A DNA stretch of 61,648 bases, counting the filler, from Choristocarpus tenellus KU-1152 (taxonomy: Eukaryota; Protista; Phaeophyceae): the NCBI GenBank assembly GCA_964200185.2. It is 9 parts of 9 records of this genome, joined end to end, with 100 filler letters (N's around TTAATTAATTAA, not from the genome) between each part and the next. Parts side by side here need not be neighbours in the genome. Positions count along the whole stretch, not along the records: positions 1 to 20,308 come from CAXNAD020000405.1; 8 more parts are not named here. The stretch is one strand, 5' to 3'. The notes under the pieces are model-generated. The model was given only the letters and a program-made list of their open reading frames with translations. It was not told the origin of the DNA and ran no database searches. Both the position numbers and the translations under genes were made by a program. This document shows, piece by piece, positions 1 through 12,515 of this stretch (its first letter is position 1; each line of letters opens with the position of its first letter).

Positions 1-683
1 GGTGTGTCATGGGGGGGGCGTGGGTGGGGGGGGTGGGGGGGGCGTTAAGACAATGCAAGGCCTTGGTATAGGAAATGTGACATTGACAAGAGTGCCCACC
101 ATTAGCTCCTCACCCACATCAGAACAAAGATAATGGTGTGGAAACATGTAACCTCTCCACAAGCTCATCATGTGAGTGATACCATCTAAGATGGTAGGTG
201 TTGTTGAGTTGTAGGGGCCCCTCTGACTGCCTTGTGATGTATGTGTTTTGAGCACTGTGGTTAGTGCTTGATGTGTTCACAGGTCGTCTTCTCTTCTATA
301 GTCTCACCCTTTTAGAAGCAAGATTAGGTGCATTTCAGGCATAGGCATAGTGCACATTGATGTTATCTATATATGCAAGATTTAAGAAGGCCTTAACATT
401 GAAAGGGATCAAAATTGTACCCCCCTCTCTCGGCAGTATCTCTCTGTCCTCTGTCTACTACAACACAATTTGAGAAAAAAATACTTCCCTGCCCTCAGTC
501 ATGCAGACCTACTATCGTCGAACCACATCAACAGCAAAACAAGCTAAGCATGCAAGACTCGTGAAAAGTTTAAAACATACTGGAGTGCTACATTTAATGA
601 GGATGTACAGCATACAACATATTTCTTTTTGATCAATAGAATAAATCCAGTTGTCACGCCGAGCCAATGGGACAACTCCTGAC

Positions 684-2409
684 CTTGCAATCTCCCTGCA
701 AGCTTGAACGGGTGACCCATGCCCTGAACCAGCAAAGGGCAAAGCTCCCGAGCCATGTCCTCTGCACGTGCTGCCGTATCAGGGCTCGCTGACAGTTCAA
801 CCAATGCTGGACCGACCAGGCTAAGCCACTTGACCTGTTATCCAAAATGTGCAGGTGGTGAATGAACCCCTCAAAAAAGACACGGGGGCGGAGTTGAATT
901 TTTCAGTGCATTTGAAACAAAGATAAACCAATAATATCGAATTTTAAAATGTCATTTTTTTTTTGCGAGTATGAAAATTGGTAAAACCCTGAAAAAAAAA
1001 GGAAAAAAGACAAACTTAAGCCATCGCTTAAATAGAGTCTCTTCAAACATCACCCACTATTGTATTGCCTGCTCTCAGTTTATTTATGCCTGCAGGCTAG
1101 GATATTCCAAAAAGGAGATGACACCTTTAGGGGAAAGGAAAGTTGAAATCAACATACTCATCACTCAAGTATAGTGAAACATGTTAAAATGAATCAAACC
1201 AAGCAGGACCACACTGTATGGAATTTGACAAAAGTTGAGTACATGGATGTCTCAGAAGTCATTTGACATTCCCTCGGGGTAAAGAGTTGTCTCAACCCTA
1301 ACCCTTTACGGAAGATTAATATGAAAAGTGCAAAGTCAAGGCAGAGGATGATGCCTATTGGGAAGCAGAGCAGCGAGAGGGAGGCTACAAGGTGAGGAAA
1401 AAAATAGGGAAAGCAACAAACATGCATTTCAGATGGTGTTTCAGGGATTTGGAGGGGGTGGGGGAGGCGATGATCAGGTGATGAGAACACTTCAGTGAGG
1501 GTGAGAATGGAATCTGATCTATAATCAAGACGTTGCGAAGAAACACCTACGATGAAAGAACTCACCTCCCACCCCCCCCATACGGAAAAATGCAAAAGAT
1601 AGTCTATGATATCCTCCATCAGAGGTTTAATTTCTGCTGTGGTTTAGGCACGAGTACAGTTGGACAAGAAGATACTATCCAGTTTATTAAGTCAAACGAA
1701 CATCATTTTGGATTATGTAATTGTTATAATGTCATGTGCTTCCACTGACCTAGGACTTTCGAGACAGATTATTTGGCAATTGTATTATAAAATGTTGCTG
1801 ACTGCCCCCCCCCCCCCCAAAAAAAAAAAACGGTTATATTTCAACCCTTCCTTACTGTGTAAGACCTTGAACTATATTGCTTGGTGTTTTTTTATTTGGC
1901 TTGTACCCATCACCTGCACAGAGAAGTCGTTTCGCTTGTCACCACCGCCTTCCATTACTGTCTTGGTCCTTTCCTCAATATGGGACACAAGGCCCTCCCC
2001 ATCCCACCCTCCAGAGCCCTCAGAGCTGCCACCAGAGCTATCACATAAAATGAAGCGAACTGCATCCGACCTGTCCAGTAGAAACAATCACCCCCCAACA
2101 AGCACAGCCCAAGGGGCAACAAACCGTTCTAGATGTGTCAATACCCTTCACCTCCTGGTTCAAGGTCCCTTGGTGAGATGGACAACTATGGTCCTGTGTG
2201 CATCTGTGACACTTACAGGTCCCAGTACACATGCACATTAAGCAAGCAATTGGTGTACCAATAGGGTCTCATCCCATCACCACAAGAACCATCACATAAA
2301 CCAGAGTGTACGGCTTGTGAGAACAACATCCATCCCCCTTCTCGGCCACAATCAACAAACCATCTTCATTAATCTGAATACAATGAAGACATCACCCAGT
2401 ACTCCTCCC

Positions 2410-2447
<38 letters not shown>

Positions 2448-5400
2448 ACCCCCCCCCCCCACCACCACAACCCCAAAACACACNNNNNNNNNNATCTGAA
2501 TACAATGAAGACATCACCCAGTACTCCCCCCCCCCCCTCCCCCCCCCCATCTCACAGTCTCTACCAATTAGCCAACGCCAGTACTACACCAAGGAAACTC
2601 TGATCGATTCCAACACTCAAGACAATGACAAAATGATTTGGGGGCTTGACAAAGGTTTCTTCTTCTAGAATCAACAATATTTGCAACGATGGGTGTCAGC
2701 AGAAATGGTTGCCCATATTTTGGGGTCCGAGGAACAGTGCTGTCTAGGTCTACAAACAGGTAGTGCCTCAACAGGGTACCGGGGAGAGTCTCTCGAAGCT
2801 TAGAAATAGAGCAGGTAAAGGCCAGCCAGACACAGTGACTGTAGGGGGTACAATAGGAAGGAGAGCGACAATAGGAAGGAATGGCATCATACCACATCAC
2901 GCCAGCATCCATAATCAACACGAGGACAATGTATGCAACACTTTAACCTTTCCCACTCAACCCACATCGACAACAAAAAACACATACTGAAACAATAGAG
3001 CTGGTTAACAGAAATAACAAGAAGCACAACCCACGGGGTACCTACAAAACACAGTGGTGTCAGAATAATTCAATTGCTCATGTACGGTTTGGCTATAGAG
3101 GCCGCCTCTTTCCACTTTAAAAAGAAAATAACTTGAACACACAAGAACAGACCCAGCAACCCGCTTTCGAATACCTGATTGTACACCTTGAAGTAGAAAA
3201 AGTCTATTCTTGAGAGAGCGGAAATTGTTCCCCTACTCCTGTATATCAACACAGCAGGTGCATCCCCCCCTCCCGAAAAAAATAAAATAAATAATAAAAA
3301 ATAAATAAAAAATTCCCCAGCTGAAATCAACTCCCCTTTGTCAAAAACAAGGGCAAAACTCAACAGTTATCCCAGTATACAAAGGGGTTTTGGGAGCTTA
3401 AAGAGCAAGCCCATTGGCTATATGAAAGCAAGTTACTCCATTGGGGTAAAAAAAACTCACTTCTTACACAAGCCCCTACCCACAAATCTTGGTATGACTC
3501 CTCACCAGTCGAGGCTCCCCTCAAGGCCAACAATCTCCAACTCAGTCTTGAAAAAGTCAAGCGCAACCCTCCCGAGCTCCCTGGCTTCAGCATTCCTCCC
3601 CTCCCGAGTTGCTGCTACAGCAGCAGATGCAATCCCTGCTCCAACCTCTGCAGCTGCACAATCATAAGACCGTTTATCCTCATGGGCTGAAGATGCCTTG
3701 GCTGTAGCCACACCCTTGAGTAGTAAATCTGCTGCACTAGCTGCCATCAGGCTTGGGGGCGAGCTCTCACCCCTGTGACTGCTGATCAGAGCTAGCAGTA
3801 GGACCTTAATGAGACGAGCATTTCGTGCCCAGAAGAGTTTGGAGCGTGTGGCAAAGCGCTGGCGAGGAAACTGCTCAACAAGTAGAACATGAAAAAAAAA
3901 AGTTTGGGATCAAGGCAGGGTGGGGTGAGACAAGGCCAGATCGTTTTCAGAAATGAGAAAGGTTAAGGGGAGTTCTTTGAAAGTCTGATATTTACACACA
4001 AAGAAGTAGTTCAGCAGGAACCAGGGATGTGAACACAGGTCTACAAAAGGCAGTGGGACGCAGATTTGCCTGGGAAATTGAGGATTACTGCTGATTTAAG
4101 TATGCGGGGGTGGGTGGATTGGTATGGCAATGTAACACGTATTGCTGGCAGTGCAAGATAAATCCAATATAATCATTAAAATTAGTTTCTTTCAGTCATA
4201 CTGTACTGACAACAAAACCACAACCCTTTTTGCATTCTTGACAGGAGCTTGTTGAAGTGCTGCTTGGCGTGAGGATTGTAAGAAGATCCTTCCAAGAACA
4301 CCATTTCAAGATTGCCCCTCTCTCCTCTCATCAAAAAACATCTCAGCCACCTGCCACCACAAGAGGAAAATATCGTTTCCCCGCAGTTCACATCCCAATC
4401 CCACGCCTCAAACTAACCCTGCACAAACCGTTCTCACCAGCTCTCGCATGTCCCCCCTCCCAGCATCAGCCAGGACCTCCTCCACACCAAGAGACCACTG
4501 CTCTTTCCCCGATGCCCCCCCGCCCTCAGTGGCCTGCTTGCGGTGATTATGAGCAAGAGCTACAAAGAGCGATTTCAGAACCGTTGGCGACATCAGAAAC
4601 GCCTCCACATCACGGTCCAGTTGGAACTCCCTACCTCTGCCACCCCCTGTTGGGGTTGCTACACTGGCAAGAAGGCGGCTTAATGCACCCAGCGCTAGGC
4701 GCTGCAGGGGTTGCCCATCACCCTCCGACAAGCACTGGATAAACCACTGCCATACCAGTGGTGGTGGAGGCAGAGGCTCACCACCCACTGCCACAGATTG
4801 TGGTAGACGGGGGGGGGGAGGAGAGAGAGAGGGAGAGGGGAGCTCACCACCCACTGCCACAGATTGTGGTAGACGGGGGGGGGGAGGAGAGAGATAGGGA
4901 GAGGGGAGAGATGGGGAGTGAAACCCTTCCCTCTCCAACGTGTAAGGGCGAACAAGGTGCATTAGGCACCACGAGGACATGAGTCGGTATCGCCATCCTA
5001 CTGCAGCATGCGAGTTGAGCGCACAGGACTTGACACCAGTTTCCCATCCACATCGCATTGAGTCATGGGGGGAAGAAGGAGGGGGGGGGAGGGGGGGGAA
5101 GAAGGGGTTTTGCAATTATAGATCCACTGCAAAAAGATGATTATTTTTTCAACCACTGTTGTATCACCCCTCTTCCCTTCTACCCAAAAAATACCTAGTA
5201 GGAAGTTATAACTTCTTTTTTATTGTTGTTCATAACTATTTTTTTTTTTTCTCTGTGTTCTTGAAGACAGACTACAGCTACCCAGCTACTCATCCTGCCG
5301 GGGACAGCCATTTCATTCTTGGGACTCATCATGGTCAATAGTCTAGAAGGCATCTACAAAACCCCCGTAAATAGTTCTCATGCACTTCCACCCCAGAAAG

Positions 5401-8400
5401 TCCTCGTGCGATTTCTCGTGCGATTCAACAGCCCCTGTTCCCCCCGCCAATGACTGACAGAACCCATTGGTTGTTGTGTACCACCACATTCCAATCCTTG
5501 TTGTGCACAACATAGGAGGAACATTGTAAAACTGTAGCGGATCATTTTTTTCATTTTTTTCATTTTTGTTTCAAGACCTTTTTGCTGTAAAAGACAGCCC
5601 CGTGTGTGCGTTGGATTGGGACTACTGGCGCAGTGCTAGGTGGTGGTCAAGTTGAACCAACAAATGCCAACAAAAAACAAATGCGTACCGCTAAGGATGA
5701 AGAAGTATCACGCTACGTAGCACTAAGCATGCTTTGTGTTACAAGAGAGCAACTGACAGGGGGGGACAGGGCCCTGCTTACTGTAACCCCACTGGAAGAG
5801 GTGCTCTGAGTGCTAATCGATGTCATGCCAAGGTGGTCCAGAAGCCACAGCATCAGTTGTTCATACTCCTTTTGATCCTGAAGGTTTAGGAGGATATGGA
5901 TCATGTGAGGACAGCGGTAAATACCAACAACACAGGGGCATCACATGCAGTGACAGAACAAAATCACTCACTGAATAGCATACATGTATTATAAAAATAC
6001 AGAAAAAAACGCACACTGAATAGCATCTCTTCCCTTTTTACCCTGACCCTTGATGAGGAACAGGATCAGGAGACCAACGAGAAAATTGGGCAAACATTTC
6101 AAGCAAGCAAGTAAACAAACAAACAAACAAACAATGCACCGCCTTCTAGGGATACGTAGTACAATGCAAAAAGGAGGAAACAAACTTCATTAGCAAAACA
6201 GGCGGCATTCCCCCCTCACAGCTCAGGTGGTCAGTTGAATGCATGCTATTGGCCGAATATATATTTAGTTGTTCCCATTGGGAGAAATGTTGCTACTCGA
6301 GCCATGTATTTTACCACTCAAGCTCGACTTGACCACAGCACAACTACAAGCGCTTAACCTTCAAATAATTAAAATTATTCTTGCCCCTCCTCCGAACTCC
6401 TGCTTCTCTATGAGCCAAAGTATCTTAGAGGGTAGAGTCGTGTCCATTTGGGGACCAAAGTCCAATGTTGCGATTTTGATGTAATTTTGGCTATCGTGTT
6501 TGTTAGGAAGTGTCAACATCCTTGTTCTGGACACACATTTTCATAACATACACATTTTACCTACTCCGATATATTTTGGAGTAGGAAAATGTCATAGAAA
6601 CCCTGAGGGAAAGTGAAGCCACCAAATGGACAAACATGGCAAAACTCGTACCCTCTCTTAAAAAGACACTTTCACTCTTATACCACTACCAGAAGCATCA
6701 ATCATTGACTCCACTCTCTCACCTCCACCCGCCTGATTGGATTTGCCCTCCAGCTGGCCACATATGAAGCAAAAAGGATCTGTACCCTTGCTGCAGCCTT
6801 CTCCTGCTTATCAGTGGGCAGATGCCCCAGAGCAGCCTGGGAGTTGCACAGGGCACACAGAAGAGATCGCAGAAGCGGCCACTTGCCTGCCACATGCCTC
6901 AAGGACCTCTTCTGAAACAACAAGTACATAGCACCGGTCAGCCTCCGGTGGATTGAACTCCCACTAGAAACGTCACTTCCAAGATTGCTTTTTATCTGCC
7001 CTCCCAGACCATCGCTGCCACTGCCGAGGGTGATGCAGTCAATCAGACCCGGAATAGCATCGTAAACAAATGAGGGGTGGATTTCCCCCATCCTCTCTAC
7101 CCCATGCTGGGCCGCAGCCCGTACAGTAGCATACTCTGAAAAGGACAGCCCCACCAGGCCCGAGAACACCCCCGAGTACCCATCAAGGATACCTTTAGCG
7201 CCAGGCCAGACAGAAAGAGATGTGATAGGACGGCACCCTTTCATGACCTCTGCACAACTCTCACCAGCAATCCCCCCCCCGCTCCCTAGACCACTCTTGT
7301 CGTTCCCTGCTGGAGCCATTGAAAGCCGAGCCCAATCCTTAGTGGCAAATGCAATAGCCCGTGGGGCATGGGCAAGGCGCTTGTTGTGTTGGTGGAAGGC
7401 ACGATGCAGGGCATGGCCACGCGTGGTGGGCAGAAGCATGGAGCCAGCCAGGAGCACAGTTCGGGCATTTGCAGCTGAACCTGCATCCCCCTGCCTGGCA
7501 GCCATTAGGAGAGGCTTGAGCCTCTCCTCTGCTGCAGCATATGCCAGTGGGCTATACTGCATCCTTTTGCGCCATGCCAGTCCTTGGGTGACTGATTCAT
7601 ACCAGGAACTATTGTGTGAGGAACGGGAACATGATAACCTGAGAGCCAACCCCACCACCAGCTTGGTCACCTTGACATCTGTCGAAGCCAAGCTCGCTGC
7701 TCGTCCAGTTGGGACATTGTTGTCCATGTCCACATTCACACCATCTGCAGCACAGACCTCCAGGGCATGGCGTACAAAGGTTACCATCTCTGCACGGAGG
7801 CCAGCAATCACGTTGTGCAGTCTGGTATCCTCCTTGCCTCGCTCCCACCTTCCTTCCACTTCACCAGACGATGCTTTCAACCTTGAGAGAAGGCAATTGC
7901 CAACTGCAAAAAGGGCATCGTCCCGAAGCTCCCCCCCTGCCCCACCAATAGACGTTGCAACACTATCACCCGGGACCCCCAAATCAGCTAGCAGGCACAC
8001 GCACCCCCGAAGGGCATACTCCATGGTCTTTAGATTCTCACGCAATAGGCTGACACTCTTTCCTTCCCAAGCACCACCACCTGCCCCAGCAAGCGACAAT
8101 TCTTCCTCCATGACAGCAACAGATGGCGTGCCTAAGTTGTCGGGGCAGAAGATATCCCTTTGAAGCAACCTCATAGGTTTGACCAGGAAGTTCTCCATGA
8201 GCTCAGCTGCCAGTCGAAGCTCTGCACGTCCAGGTTCAACCCACCCAACACCAAGTTCCTCCCGGGGGAGGGGTTCACACAGTCGGCGCCACTCAACAGC
8301 TTCATGGGCTCCAGCCCACCGGTGGGGGGGCAGGGACCGAGCCTCGGCAAGACGTATCTCAGTCAGTCCCTGAAGCGACTTCCGAAGGACTTTCCGCGCA

Positions 8401-11400
8401 GCCTTGCGAACCCCTTTGTCTGAATGGGCCAGTCCTCCTGAGATCAAGCGCTGAAGGGCTGGGCCATGGGGCACCAATGCACTACAGCACCCCCTACAAA
8501 GGCCTGACAGTAAGCGTAGCCGCCACCTCCACAAAGGTTGAGCCAGTTCATGATATCGTTCACTGGAGGTATTTATCGTTGCTGCTGAAGCAGGGGGGGC
8601 AAGGTCACGGCACAGGACCGGGAAAAATGAGTTGGCAACAGCCACTGGGTTTGTGATTGCACACGCCTCCACAAGGCTGGCACAGTCCTTCTCGGCATCA
8701 GGCAGGGGACCTTCCTCTGAGACAAATCGAAGCACTCGGGCTGATGCATGTTGAAAGGCAGTTGAGTCCATCTGTGCAAACAGTTTCCTTACCACGTTGA
8801 TAACTGTTGGCATTACACGCCTGGACCCTCCTCTGCCACCACCGCTATGACCCCTCTTCATCCCAAGTCCTGCCATTGCTCCTGCAGTACCCATAGTGTC
8901 CTGCCCAAGGTCTCCAGCTTTTACCTTGGAAGGCCGGCTCTTGTGACGCAAGAGCTCAAAGACTCGATCAAGCAGGGCAAGGGCCCAGTCCAGCATCACG
9001 CTGTTCAAGCCCTCAGAGGCAGAGAACAGGTGCTCTGCCTCTTGCGTATCATCATCATGACTGAAGGTCTCAGAGTCTAGCCACCCTAGAGGTGGTGGCC
9101 GCCACGAGGTAAGGTCGTTGTTGTAGCTGTTCAGGGGGGAGGGGGGGGTGGTGGGATATCAAGAAGCGATCTAGAACAAAGTTTACTACAGTTGTATATG
9201 AATTAGATGAATTAGGTGAGGAGGAAGTCAGCACCCCAAAATAGGGTAGACTTCCCAAGACAAAATCAAAACTGTTGATAAAATATGGCACACCTCACAG
9301 AGTCTCCCTGCACTGGGATCCAGTCAAGCACTGCCCTATACAGCTCCATTGTGACCACAGTCTTGTACATGTCATTCGGATCAACGCCAGGGAGGGAGAG
9401 CTCCAACATTGCTGGGAGGTAGGGGGCCAAGTACGGCCGTGGGTACATCAGTGGCACAAAGATAGCCACCAGAGCCCTCAGAGCTTCTGGTGCCTGCAGG
9501 GCAAGGAGGAGAAGTCCATGGGGAGTGGGATCTTTTGTGAGGTCAAGGCTGGTGGGGAGGGGTAGGAAGGGGGGTTAGGGGGGTTGATACGCCACATGTT
9601 ATGCATGTTTGGTGCAACGTTTTTGCATTGTTGAAGTGGAGGGAGAGAAATCAGAGTGAAAATTAAGGAAAATCAGGGGACAAAACATGGGTCAAAAACC
9701 TTGGGAACTTGGGCAGATCAATTACAATAAACTAGCAAAAAAAAACAAATCAATACAATCCTCCACAACGTAGTTTCTACTTTGGGGGGTAGAGAGGTTA
9801 AGGTACTGGCTGGGCACCTCTTTCAAGCACGTGTTGGGAACCAGAGGTACATAATCACAAATTTAGTTAAGGAAACTTTGGTGCAAGAGTGATATTTCTG
9901 TACAAAATGACAAATTCTGGAGCTGTAAATAAATGACATAATGGAGAATTAACAGCTCTGAACATCTACTCCACAACCTGTATTTCACAGAGAAAATAAA
10001 ATCTAGAAACAGATATGACAGAATCAATGCATATTGAGCTTTCTCAACAAAAGCGTATCCCCAAAAATCTCTCATAAAGAATTCTCTATGTGCCTCACAC
10101 TGGTCCCCCATGACTTTTCTAAGGAAGCTAACAGCCTGTGACTGGAGCAACACTTTAAAGGTAAGAGTTGTTCCAACTTCGTTGAAAGTAAGCATCATAG
10201 GTAGCTGCTGCAAGGAGAAAGAGAACAAAGGAGGTCACATCAAGGATATTCGGCATAGGCTGGGGAAGTGCCCATTGTTGAAGCATACCTGGTGTGAATG
10301 GATGACAGAGGACACAGGGTCTAGTGCCCGGAGGATAAGGTCAGGGGAACTGGCTGCCACAGTCCGTGGGCTAATTGAAGCCAGCAATGCTAAGGACATT
10401 TGTGCCAGGGCGCTCGCGAAGGGATCCTTGGAGTACCCCATCTCATGCACCAAAGGCAGTAGTGCCCTGATGACCAGAGCAGCATCATCCTTGGAGAGAT
10501 CCCCATACATCCTGGCATCCTCAGGTTGATGGGAACACTCTACTAGGGATGACCGGCGGAACTCACGACGGGTGGATTCCTCTCCAATCCTCTTGGCCAG
10601 GGCTTCACACACAAAAACCAGGAGGAGTCCGAGGCTCCGTGACCAGGGTCCGGCATTGCTGGGGTGAAAGTAGGTTCGAAGGGAACGCAAAAGGCCGAGA
10701 AGGGAGAGTGCGCCATGGGACACAAGCCTCTTGGAGTCTCCTTTGGTATGCTCCAAACTGCTACCAGAGTTGAGGCTGTCAGAGGGAGGGATGATGGTGA
10801 TACTCACCTCTTCAACCTCACGGTCCTGGTTGCCCTTTCCCAGGAGATACACCAAGAGCTTGGCAAGCTTTCCAGGTGTTGCAGAGCCTGTAGGTGCAAA
10901 AGCTTGATACTGGTAGGTCACCTGACGGGACTCAGGCAACGGTGCAGAACCAGCCTCACCCATGGACACTGGTGTTCGGATACTTGCCCGTGCCATTGTG
11001 TAGATGTCGGGCAGGTAGGGACCCCAGTCAAAGTTTGCTGAGAGCTTTTTCCGAGCTCGTGCCAAGAGGATCAACCAGGTCCCATGCCACGCCCCACAAT
11101 GATCTACCTTTGCCCAGAGGCTGGGGGATGTGGGGGGAGTCATAAGGAAGAGGAATGCAAAGTATGTGAGCACTTTAAAAAAAATAGTAGCATTGGGTCT
11201 TGCTTTCAATACACATAAATTAATTATTGTTTCTATGATCAGAGTGCTCAAGTTAAGATGAAATAGACTTTCCATATATCACACTAATCCTTGTATCATT
11301 GGAGGCAAGACCACCATTTATAAGGAAAAGGTAATAATCTTGTTCTATGAAGGTTGCCGCAGCACAGGCCTCAGGATGAGGATGAGGGCACCAAAATTAC

Positions 11401-12176
11401 TATACACCAATGAAGGCCATTTTTTGCATAACCCAGCTTTGGCATATCTTCGCCAAACTTATGGTATCCATCTCCACCGCCTACCTGGCCCATTCTGGGA
11501 GAAGTTCCTCGTACAATAATGTATCAGTGGGGAGAAATCGACAGAGGATGAAGAGGGCCTTGAAGGCTTCTTGCTTCGAGACGTCACGAAGGGTCTCCTT
11601 CACCTCGTCCCAGATCTCGCAGTCAGCTCCAAGATCCCAGTAGTGCCTTGCTTTCTCGACGAATGGAAGGAGGACGTTTAGCCTCGACTTCTCGTTTTTA
11701 CCCGAACCAAGAGGGAATCCTCTTAAGGCGGCCCGCTCCAACGCGGCGTACACGGGTCTCCATGGCATGGTAAACTTCCCAGATAAGCTCAATCGCCCAT
11801 GCTTGTTGCCGATAGTTAGAGTGAGGGCGTTCAAGACTTTGTTAACGCAACGAACCTGTAGTTTTTCTTTCCCATCCAGGGGGAAGGCTAGACTGTGCAG
11901 CTTGGTAGCGATCAGTAGGTAGTCCTTGTCGCTACACAGGTGTTTGAGTTGATAAAATCGCTCGATATCAAAGCATGTTCTCGACAGATCTCTTTGATCT
12001 CCCTTCTCTATATCAAAAGAGTGCAACGTATCAATAATCCTGCCCATCATCCGACGACCCTCCGCCGGAACATCGTGTTTGTAGGATGGAGGCAGGCTAG
12101 CGTTGAAACGGTGGACTGCAGTCAACCCTTCAGGGTGACCTTCACCATCATAGTCCACCTCCATCTTCATCTCCAT
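684..12176 (-). CDS. PSME4: Proteasome activator PA200/Blm10 (PSME4), multi-exon, 3' end not reconstructed. Exons approx 12176-11485, 11120-10289, 9493-9294, 9126-6723, 5877-5782, ~5065-4438, 3870-3506, 2070-1914, 834-684
   Basis: PA200 motifs in the ORFs: LRTYFHPSNAGPWS, MGYSK, LELSLPGVDPNDMYKT, FSEYATVRAAAQ, WRYRL, LDWSDAVRF (across a junction). GT-AG junctions keep frame. The acceptor near 5065 lacks a clear AG. Confidence 0.9.
4776..4910. repeat. 66-bp in-frame tandem duplication inside a PSME4 exon (SPPPPRLPQSVAVGGE twice)
   Basis: gctcaccacccactgccacagattgtggtagacg(G)n occurs at ~4776 and ~4842. Confidence 0.85.
6412..6677 (+). mobile_element. MITE family A, full copy in a PSME4 intron
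   Basis: TIR GAGCCAAAGTATCTTAGAGGGTA...TACCCTCT..ACTTTCACTC; flanks CTAT/TTAT; about 12 similar copies in the window. Confidence 0.85.
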
Positions 12177-12515
12177 TGCTTCCAAGGGTGAGGTCAACCA
12201 ATCTCTTACTTACATAGGAGGTATTTTGTGGTCGAGGAAAGGGATAAACCTGGTTGGAGTTTCTGTAGACGTCGTTGAAGACAAGGACGAAGGAGATGGA
12301 GGTTGGTTTCTGGAGAGGTCGTTCTATGACACTGGCTCTATTATCATGTTTCTTGTTTCTACATATTAATGACGGGCGGGTGGACGGATGGACAGGGACA
12401 TTTGGGGTGGGGTTGTTAGACCAACACTTGACACACACACACATTGAACAGGGAGAGTTAGACCAATTGGGTGGAGAAGGACAAGAACTTAGATTTACAG
12501 AGTATAGAAAAAACT
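12177..12515. promoter_or_regulatory. Putative bidirectional promoter between PSME4 and plastid L17
   Basis: Head-to-head start codons about 340 bp apart. Confidence 0.5.

Noticed and set aside
2372-2550. Direct repeat atctgaatacaatgaagacatcacccagtactcc flanking a 10-N gap
   Set aside because: Typical unmerged contig overlap at a poly-C run; assembly artefact
7222-8163. 313-aa plus-strand ORF (also 51540-52232 and other antisense ORFs)
   Set aside because: Shadow ORFs opposite PSME4 or TE coding sequence, with no recognisable motifs
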